This document shows positions 54,934 to 64,000 of a stretch of DNA of 64,000 bases, piece after piece. A program made the position numbers and the translations under genes. The DNA lies in the NCBI GenBank assembly GCA_963698805.1, contig CAVOSN010000005.1:155553-219552 (forward strand). The letters are read 5' to 3'. The DNA comes from an uncultured Acidobacteriota bacterium (lineage in GTDB: Bacteria > Acidobacteriota > Terriglobia > Terriglobales > Acidobacteriaceae). The notes beneath the pieces were generated by a model. That model ran no database searches. It worked only from the letters and a program-made list of their open reading frames with translations, and was not told the DNA's origin. The stretch's first letter is position 1. Each line of letters starts with the position of its first letter.

Positions 54934-56925
54934 ATGTGCGGGATTAGCGGCGTGGTGAATTGCGGGAGCAGGGAAGTGCTTGCCCGGATGACGCACGTCC
55001 AGAAGCACCGCGGCCCCGACGATTCGGGCCTCTGGGAGCAGCGCTTTCCGGACGGTACTTACGTTGGACTCGGCAGCCGCCGTCTTGCCATCCTCGACCT
55101 CTCGCCCAGTGGCCACATGCCCATGATGAATGCGGACCGCTCGGTCTGCATTACATACAACGGGGAGGTCTACAACTTCCGCGATCTGCGCCGGGAACTC
55201 GAGAGCAAGGGATACCGCTTCGTCTCCGACACCGACACGGAAGTTGTGTTGCACCTCTACGAAGAAGAAGGGCCGGAATGTGTCCGGCGCTTGAATGGGA
55301 TCTTTGCGTTTGCGATCTGTGATACGCGATCGGGTACGCCGGTGGTTTTTGTGGCGCGCGATCACTTTGGGGTGAAGCCTTTTTACTACTGGTACCGCGG
55401 CCGGCAGATGGCGTTCGCGTCGGAGGCGAAGGCTCTGCTGGAGGTTCCCGGAATCACGCCAGAGCTCGACACGCAGTCGCTGCATCAGTACCTGACATTC
55501 CTGTGGGTGCCCGATCCCAAGACGATTTTTCGTGGCATCTTCAAACTGCCCGCTGGGTACTACGCCATTCTTAAGGGTGGGGAGTTGGCGATCACGAAGT
55601 ATTGGGATCTGACCTTCCCTGCGGCTGACCAGCCATATTCACGGTCTGAGGAGGATCTTGCGCAGGAAATTCGGGAACGATTCCAACGCTCGGTGGAAGC
55701 GCAAATGGTTAGCGACGTCCCGATCGGTGCATTCCTGAGTGCGGGACTCGATTCCTCGAGCATCGTCGCGATGATGAGGCGCGCCACCACCCAGCCGGTG
55801 CGCACTTATACGATCACATTTCCGCGCAAGTATCGTGTCGGCGAGACGGCTCTGGACGATCCAGCAGTTGCAGCGCGCCTGGCACAGCATCTGGGCTGCG
55901 AGAACGAGCAGATTGTCGTCGAACCAGATGTTGCAACCCTCTTGCCGCAACTCACCTGGCACATGGATGAGCCAACGGCGGATCCGGCGATCATTCCTGC
56001 TTACCTGGTCTGCCGGGCAGCTCGGAGACAGGCGACTGTTCTGCTTTCTGGCGTTGGCGGAGATGAACTTTTTGCCGGCTACCGCAAGCACGTGGCGCAC
56101 GGTTGGGCGGAGCAGTATGGCAGGCTGCCGGCCTTTGCGCGCAAGCTGTTCGAGCCTGCCATTCTGAAGTTGCCCAGCCTGCGCGGAACACCGATGAAAG
56201 GCGGAGCCCGTCTCGCCAAGAAAATGGCCCGCAGCGCGTCGCTCAGTCCGACTGCGCGGTTCGTGATGAACTGTACCTATCTGGATCAGGAACAGAAGGC
56301 ATCGCTGTATACGGGAGATTTATTGAGCGATCTTTCAAATGTCGAGCCTGCCGAGCGGCACTACGCGGCTTTCGACGAAGTGTCGCATGCTGACTTTCTC
56401 AACCAGATGCTCTATCTCGATACGAAGATATTCATGGTGAGTCTGAACCTTACCTATAACGACAAGATGAGCATGGCTTCGTCGGTGGAGGTGCGCGTTC
56501 CTTTCCTTGATCGCGAGCTGGCGGAGTTCGTGGCATGGAATGTTCCGCCCCATATGAAGCTGCGAGGTGTGCTGCGTCCGACCACCAAGTACATTTTCCG
56601 GAAAGCGATGCACGATGTTCTACCCGCCGAAGTCCTGCGGCAACCGAAGGCAGGATTCGCCGCTCCGGTAGACTATTGGCTGGCGCACGACCTCAAGGAA
56701 ATGGTGGACGATTTGCTCTCCGGCAAGCAGATTCGCGACCGCGGGCTTTTTCAACCTGAAAAATTACGCACTCTGGTGGACGAGCAGCGGCGCGGCACCA
56801 ACGACTGGTCGATGCAAATCTGGCAATTTCTGACGCTCGAATTGTGGATGCGAATGTTTCTCGATGGCGGAGCGCGAAAGTTGGGAGAGGAAACGATCCA
56901 GTCGGAGCAGGCGGCGACCGCATGA
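54934..56925 (+). CDS. Asparagine synthase-like glutamine amidotransferase, paralogue 2
   Basis: MCGISG (Ntn Cys). PP-loop FLSAGLDSSSIVA. 663 aa, intact. Confidence 0.9.
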   Translation: MCGISGVVNCGSREVLARMTHVQKHRGPDDSGLWEQRFPDGTYVGLGSRRLAILDLSPSGHMPMMNADRSVCITYNGEVYNFRDLRRELESKGYRFVSDTDTEVVLHLYEEEGPECVRRLNGIFAFAICDTRSGTPVVFVARDHFGVKPFYYWYRGRQMAFASEAKALLEVPGITPELDTQSLHQYLTFLWVPDPKTIFRGIFKLPAGYYAILKGGELAITKYWDLTFPAADQPYSRSEEDLAQEIRERFQRSVEAQMVSDVPIGAFLSAGLDSSSIVAMMRRATTQPVRTYTITFPRKYRVGETALDDPAVAARLAQHLGCENEQIVVEPDVATLLPQLTWHMDEPTADPAIIPAYLVCRAARRQATVLLSGVGGDELFAGYRKHVAHGWAEQYGRLPAFARKLFEPAILKLPSLRGTPMKGGARLAKKMARSASLSPTARFVMNCTYLDQEQKASLYTGDLLSDLSNVEPAERHYAAFDEVSHADFLNQMLYLDTKIFMVSLNLTYNDKMSMASSVEVRVPFLDRELAEFVAWNVPPHMKLRGVLRPTTKYIFRKAMHDVLPAEVLRQPKAGFAAPVDYWLAHDLKEMVDDLLSGKQIRDRGLFQPEKLRTLVDEQRRGTNDWSMQIWQFLTLELWMRMFLDGGARKLGEETIQSEQAATA

Positions 56926-59140
56926 AGCAGGTTCTGCAACAGCCGAGTACTGGTGAAATTTCGGTGGCGGAGGTCCCGGCGCCCCAGTTGCTGCCCGGCT
57001 GCGTTGCTGGTAAGCATTCGCGCCTCGCTAGTGTCGGCCGGTACTGAGCGCGCTTCTTCGGAGTTCGCCCGCAAGAGTCTCCTTCAGAAAGCGCAAGCCC
57101 GGCCTGATCTGGTGCGAGACGTCGTCAACAAAGTTCGGCGCGACGGATTGCTTTCGGCGGTGCAGGCAGTCCGCAGCCGTCTCGACCAGCCAACTTCGCT
57201 GGGCTACAGCAGCGCCGGCGTCGTGACCGGAGTTGGCGAAGGCGTGACGGACATCGCGGTGGGCGACCGCGTCGCTTGCGCGGGTGCTGGATACGCGGTG
57301 CATGCCGAAGCCGTTTGCGTTCCGCGACTGCTGGTCGCGAAGATTCCCGACGGTGCGTGTATCTTTCGATGAGGCTGCTTTCACCACCGTGGGAGCAGTT
57401 GCCCTGCACGGAATTCGTACGGCTGAAGTGAAACTCGGGGATGCGGTGGCGGTGATCGGACTTGGCCTGGTTGGCCAGTTGACCGTTCAATTGCTGAAGG
57501 CCGCCGGGTGCCGAGTTCTTGGGATCGACATTGCGCCCGACCGAGCCGAACTTGCCGCGCCGTCTCGGGGCGGATGCTGCGCAGTTCTGCGTCGTCCGAG
57601 TTCGCCGATATCTGCGCGCAAAAGACGCATGGCTTCGGGGTGGACGCCGTTCTGATCACGGCCGAGACTCCAGCAGCGAGCCTGTGAATCTGGCGGCAGG
57701 AGTTGCGCGCGATCGCGCCGTGGTTGTCGCGGTGGGCACCGTTGGGATGGAACTGCAGCGGCAGCGTTATTACGAGAAGGAACTCGACTTCCGCGTTTCG
57801 CGTTCCTACGGACCCGGCCGCTACGATGCGGCTTATGAACAAAAAGGGCGCGACTATCCCATCGGTCACGTGCGCTGGACGGAAACGCGGAACATGGAAG
57901 GCTTTCTGCATTTGCTTGCCGAGGGCAAGCTCAACCTGAATCCGCTCATCACGCATCGCTTCACCATTGATCAGGCTAGGGAGGCATACGAACTGATTTC
58001 TGGGGCGAGGCGAGAGCGATCGCTGGGTGTGATCTATTACTTATTCGGAATCCGCCGACTTGAGCCAGCGCGTTAATCTGGTGCCGCTCGAGTCGCAGAA
58101 CGCCGCAAGACATCAAGAGGATCTCAGGATCGGCCTGCTTGGTGCGGGAACTTTTGCAGTTGGCACGCTCATTCCCGCTATTACAACAGGCAGCTAATGC
58201 TGAAATGGTAGTCGTTTGTGCAGCCACTGGCGCGCACAGCCGGCATGCGGCTGAAAAATTCAGGTTTCGCATTTCGAGCACGGATGAGCGTGATGTCCTC
58301 GATAGTCAGGACGTCAACACGGTGGTGATTGCGACGCGTCATCATCTGCATGCAGGCCATGTGCTCGGCGCCTTGGCCGCGCAGAAGAATGTGTTTTGCG
58401 AGAAGCCGCTCTGCCTGAATGAAGAGGAGTTGGCCAAGATCGTACGCGCGCGCGGTTCGTCATCGCATGAGCAGAACCCTCGCCTGATGGTTGGCTTCAA
58501 TCGCCGATTTTCTCCGATGACTTTGCGGATGAAAGAATTTCTGGCAATCAAAGAACCGCTGGCGTTGCATTACAGAGTGAACGCCGGCGCGTTGCCGCCC
58601 GATCACTGGATCAATGATCCGGAGACAGGAGGCGGGCGCATCGTGGGCGAGGTCTGTCATTTCGTCGACTTGTTGTCGTTCCTTGCAGGCGCTTTGCCGA
58701 TCGAGGCTTACGCGCGGACGCTGGCGAATAACGGACTCTACAGCGACGACAACGTGCTGATCTCGCTGTGTTTTGAAAACGGTTCGGAAGGGACGATTCA
58801 TTACCTGGCGAACGCCGATCGCGCATTCTCCAAGGAGCGCATTGAAGTCTTCGGCGGCGGCGCCGCAGCGGTGCTCGAGGATTTCCGCAAGCTGGAGATG
58901 ACGCGCTTCGGAAAGCGATCGACTCTGTCGGCGCGCTGGCGGCAGGACAAGGGGCATCGCGGCGAGTGGCAGGCGTTTGCGAAATGCCTGCGCGAAGGCG
59001 GGCCGGAGCCCATTCCGTTCGAATCGATCGTCAGTTCCACGCTTACGACATTTTGCATTCAGAAGTCGCGTGCCAGCGGGCAGCCCGTTATCGTAGATGT
59101 GCGCGGCTTCATGCAGGCCGCACTCCGAAACGATTCATAA
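56922..59140 (+). pseudogene. Bi-domain oxidoreductase (Zn-ADH/MDR domain + Gfo/Idh/MocA domain) broken by about 7 frame shifts
   Basis: ATG overlaps the upstream stop (ATGA). Conserved sequence hops between frames near 57006, 57353, 57558, 57585, 57667, 58045 and 58180. MDR motifs (LVSAGTE, VAVIGLGLVGQL) are followed by RIGLLGAGTFA and CEKPL of Gfo/Idh/MocA. Confidence 0.75.
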
Positions 59141-59172
59141 AACTAGCTTCTGGGAAGGATGGATCGCAGTTC

Positions 59173-60908
<1,736 letters not shown>

Positions 60909-60913
60909 ACACC

Positions 60914-61990
60914 ATGCCAGAGCACCCCGCCGCCGCGACGGACTCTGTGCCTATACTGACTTTAGTCGAGCGCCTTCCCGGGTTCCGAGTACTAGCCTGG
61001 CATCGTGGAGCCTTGTACGCGTCACGCGGATACGAAGTCATGCGCGGTGATATGAACGGCGGCCGCATGCATTGGCAAAGCGTTGGCCGCTATCGACCTG
61101 CTGCGTGGCGATCGCTGACTTCGAAGAGCAAAATCACCTCTCGTCTGGTGCGCGATGGATTTCACGCTCTGGCGATCACGCCGGGAGGACATTTAATCGG
61201 GGCCGTGCCAGGGGCCATCGTGTCTCTCATGCCCGGCCAGTCGCAATTTGCCGTCGCTCATCGAATCACGCGTGGCATTCGCCCTTTGCACGTGACCGCC
61301 ACCTCGGATGGGCGCGTGTTTTTTGGGGAGTACTTCAGCAACGAACAGCGCGACGAGGTTCACATCTATGCATCACAGGATGAAGGCCAGACCTGGCGGC
61401 TCGCGTACACCTTCCCGAAAGGCGCTGTGCGGCACGTGCATAACATCGTCTATGACCGCGGGGAAAACTGTCTGTGGATTTTCACTGGCGACAACGGCGA
61501 CGAATGCAGAATTCTGCGCGCGTCCTGCGACCTGAAGACGGTCGAGAGCGTGATGGCGGGTAACCAGCAGGCTCGAGCCGTCGCTGCCGTCGTGACCGCC
61601 GAGGGCGTGTACTTCGCGTCCGACACGCCCTTGGAAGCGAATCACGTGTATCGCCTGAGTCGTAACGGGACTCTTGCAACGCTGGCCGATCTGGACAGTT
61701 CGTGCATCGAAGGATGCCTGGTCGGAGAGACGGCAGTTTTCTCCACCATGGTCGAGCCGAGCGCGGCGAATCCGTCGCGGCTTGTGTCCTTGTATGGGGG
61801 CCGGGAACTTGGCTCATGGCGCCGCATCGCGTCTTGGACCAAAGATGCCTGGCCTATGCGGTTCTTTCAATACGGCAACGCGTTCTTGCCCACCGGCGAG
61901 AATCCGACGGAATACCTGGCGGTCACAACGATTGCTGTTCAAGCCGACGATCTTGTGACCTCGATCTTCAGAATGCGGCACGACAAGTAG
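60914..61990 (+). CDS. Hypothetical protein, beta-rich (possible beta-propeller), intact
   Basis: 358-aa ORF from ATG 60914, 5 nt after the upstream stop. Repeated beta-strand-like segments (HIYASQDEGQTWRL, WIFTGDNGDECRIL). No family recognised with confidence. Confidence 0.6.
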   Translation: MPEHPAAATDSVPILTLVERLPGFRVLAWHRGALYASRGYEVMRGDMNGGRMHWQSVGRYRPAAWRSLTSKSKITSRLVRDGFHALAITPGGHLIGAVPGAIVSLMPGQSQFAVAHRITRGIRPLHVTATSDGRVFFGEYFSNEQRDEVHIYASQDEGQTWRLAYTFPKGAVRHVHNIVYDRGENCLWIFTGDNGDECRILRASCDLKTVESVMAGNQQARAVAAVVTAEGVYFASDTPLEANHVYRLSRNGTLATLADLDSSCIEGCLVGETAVFSTMVEPSAANPSRLVSLYGGRELGSWRRIASWTKDAWPMRFFQYGNAFLPTGENPTEYLAVTTIAVQADDLVTSIFRMRHDK

Positions 61991-62040
61991 AGTCGGAACG
62001 GCGTGCTATATTCGCTTCGACTCCAAAACCTGCCGCCCAT

Positions 62041-63021
62041 GTGCCCTTCGTGAAGCGCCTTCGTTATCTACAGCGCGTTTTCAGCGCCTACCTGCTGCCG
62101 GGAAGAAGTCAGTTGACGTTCTGGCACGAGCCACCGCGTGCCAATACGAGAGCGACTTTCGATCAGATCGGCGAATACTACATGGAATTCGCGTCGAAAG
62201 CCGACTACGCCGGGCACTACGATGCTTCTGGCATTCCGATGCTCGACTACCGCGGCCACATCGGTTTGCAATACAACCCGATCGCGATCGCGCAGTACGG
62301 CCTCGGAAATTACAACTTCTTCGTTCAGGAGAAGAGCGAAGAGAGACGAAGAAAGTTCTTGGCTGCAGCCGAATGGCTGGTGGCGAATCTTGCGCAGAAC
62401 GCGCAGGGAGTCTGGGTCTGGAACCATCACTTCGACTGGGAATATCGCGATACGCTCAGGGCACCCTGGTATTCCGGACTTGCCCAGGGACAAGGGATTT
62501 CGCTGCTGGTTCGCGCGCATCACGCGACTCAGGATCCCAAATACGATGTGGCTGCGCGGCGTTCCTTCGAGAGCTTGACGCGCTCCGTGGACGAAGGTGG
62601 CGCCCTTTTCCAGGATGAGCGTGGCGATGTCTGGATCGAAGAGTACCTGGTCGATCCCCCCACGCACATCCTCAATGGAATGATCTGGGCGCTGTGGGGA
62701 GTGCACGACTACGTGCTAGCCACGCAGGATCCATCCGCGAAGGACTTGTTCGACAGAGTTGTGCGTACGCTCGAGCGCAATCTTTCAAAATACGATGCCG
62801 GCTTCTGGTCGTTGTACGAACAGTCGGGAACTCGACTGAGGATGATGGCGAGTCCCTTTTACCATCGCTTGCACGTTGTGCAGCTACGCATCATGCACCA
62901 ACTGACCGGACTGGGAGTTTTTGGCGATTATGCCGATCGATGGGAGCGCTTTGAGCGCAGCCGGATCAAGCGCATCACGGCGCTGGCGTACAAGAGCGCG
63001 TTCAAGCTGTGCTACTACTAA
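62041..63021 (+). CDS. D-glucuronyl C5-epimerase-like protein (C5-epim_C domain)
   Basis: WYSGLAQGQGISLLVRAH, WIEEYLVDPPTHILNGMIWALWGVHD, YDAGFWSLYE and YHRLHVVQL align by eye with conserved blocks of animal heparan-sulfate glucuronyl C5-epimerase. GTG start at 62041 is uncertain. Confidence 0.8.
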   Translation: MPFVKRLRYLQRVFSAYLLPGRSQLTFWHEPPRANTRATFDQIGEYYMEFASKADYAGHYDASGIPMLDYRGHIGLQYNPIAIAQYGLGNYNFFVQEKSEERRRKFLAAAEWLVANLAQNAQGVWVWNHHFDWEYRDTLRAPWYSGLAQGQGISLLVRAHHATQDPKYDVAARRSFESLTRSVDEGGALFQDERGDVWIEEYLVDPPTHILNGMIWALWGVHDYVLATQDPSAKDLFDRVVRTLERNLSKYDAGFWSLYEQSGTRLRMMASPFYHRLHVVQLRIMHQLTGLGVFGDYADRWERFERSRIKRITALAYKSAFKLCYY

Positions 63022-63027
63022 TAACCA

Positions 63028-64000
63028 GTGAAGATTCTCTACGTCTCCCAGTACTTCCCGCCTGAAATGGGTGCGCCCGCCGCGAGGGCCGTGGAACTGG
63101 CGCGGCACTGGGTTCGTGCCGGGCACGACGTCACGGTGCTCACCGGGTTTCCGAATCATCCGACGGGCGTCGTTCCCGAACAGTGGCGGCCGCGGTTGCG
63201 CAATCTCGTTTATCGGGAAGATGTCGAAGGGATTTGCGTGGTACGCACGTGGCTGCTGCCTCTGCCGAATCGTAAGGCGCATGAGCGGATGCTGAACTAC
63301 GGATCGTTCTGTGTCTCAGCGGCGTGGCGCGGAATGGAACTTTCACGTCCGGATGTGGTCATCGCAACGTCGCCGCAACTTCTGGTCGGCCTTTCCGGTT
63401 GGTGGATTTCTTTCTGGAAGCGCGTGCCTTTTATTTTCGAAGTGCGCGATCTTTGGCCGGAGTCCTTGAGTGCGGTCGGTGTTGGATCAGACAACTCGTT
63501 GCTACATCGCGTTCTTGGAGAGATCGCCGGGTTCCTGTATCGCAAAGCCGATCGGATCGTTGTGGTGACTCCCGCTTTCAAGGATCATTTGACTAAGCAT
63601 TGGCAGTTGCCCGGCGAGAGAATCTCAGTCGTCGAAAACGGAGTAGAAAGTTCTCTGTTTACCCCCGAAGCCGCAGAGGCTGCGCTTAAAGAGCGACTCG
63701 GCCTGAAGGAAAAATTCGTTGCGGCTTACATCGGAACCATGGGCATGGCGCATGGGCTTGACACACTGATCGAAGCGGCTAGCAGGTTGAAAGAGAGTGA
63801 TCCGGATATCAGTTTTCTGCTGGTGGGCGAGGGCGCTGACAAGGAACGAGTCCAGGCAATCGTGCGAGAGCGGCAACTGTCAAACATCACTTTCGTGAAC
63901 CAGCAGGCGCGGGAGAAAATTCCTGCATTCATCGGGACGTCCGATGTCTGCCTGGTGCTCTTGAAGAAAACCGAACTCTTCAAGACCGTGATTCCGACCA
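63028..64000 (+). CDS. Family 4 glycosyltransferase (WcaI-like), 3' end outside window
   Basis: My own translation from GTG 63028: VKILYVSQYFPPEMGAPAARAVELARHW...FEVRDLWPES...GTMGMAHGLDTLIEAA. Frame is open to the window edge. Confidence 0.85.
   Translation, partial: MKILYVSQYFPPEMGAPAARAVELARHWVRAGHDVTVLTGFPNHPTGVVPEQWRPRLRNLVYREDVEGICVVRTWLLPLPNRKAHERMLNYGSFCVSAAWRGMELSRPDVVIATSPQLLVGLSGWWISFWKRVPFIFEVRDLWPESLSAVGVGSDNSLLHRVLGEIAGFLYRKADRIVVVTPAFKDHLTKHWQLPGERISVVENGVESSLFTPEAAEAALKERLGLKEKFVAAYIGTMGMAHGLDTLIEAASRLKESDPDISFLLVGEGADKERVQAIVRERQLSNITFVNQQAREKIPAFIGTSDVCLVLLKKTELFKTVIPT

Noticed and set aside
58161-58176. TGGCACG-CTCA-TTCCC as a second sigma-54 promoter.
   Set aside because: It lacks the -12 GC dinucleotide and lies inside the oxidoreductase coding sequence.

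Overview
GC-rich bacterial chromosomal segment. Gene content and the intergenic repeat types look most like an Acidobacteriota (Terriglobia-like) genome; that assignment is from recollection and is not verified. I can support about 45 protein-coding genes. I found no rRNA, tRNA, CRISPR array, transposase or phage genes. Layout: (1) 1-8.5 kb holds housekeeping and secreted proteins: an HtrA fragment, a PG-binding protein, a GNAT, a CpsB-type phosphatase, a Sel1 protein, an aminotransferase, an ALDH and a methyltransferase. (2) 8.9-20 kb is a complete cell-elongation block (FecR-like protein, mreB, mreC, mreD, mrdA, rodA) followed by an RNase E/G gene. (3) 20-50 kb is an accessory mix: DUF2846-like protein, amidohydrolase-TPR, Tat-signal SDR, purU, a 1065-aa transglutaminase/TPR protein, acyl-CoA ligase, GGT, an OMP, an M48 protease, tandem CrtI-like oxidoreductases, a GcvT-like protein, a sigma-54 activator module, an APC permease and an M28 peptidase. 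(4) 50-64 kb is a one-strand polysaccharide locus: galE, two AsnB-like amidotransferases, GT2, a bi-domain oxidoreductase, a carbamoyltransferase, a propeller-like protein, a glucuronyl C5-epimerase homologue and GT4. Main anomalies: (a) 13 frame breaks are packed into two adjacent EPS genes while their neighbours are intact, three more lie in a nearby membrane GT-like gene, one lies in RNase E/G, and a methyltransferase carries an in-frame TAA. (b) The RNase E/G S1 domain is split by a roughly 490-aa Arg/acid-rich insertion. (c) A receiver-less sigma-54 activator sits divergent from a small secreted-protein gene that has a near-consensus -24/-12 promoter, and the pair is bracketed by 48-nt direct repeats. 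(d) Short stop-codon-rich tandem words and long-range hairpins sit at gene boundaries; one of them juxtaposes the mreD stop with the mrdA start. (e) There is a canonical G3N1 G-quadruplex motif. All family assignments come from motif recognition by eye; no searches were run.
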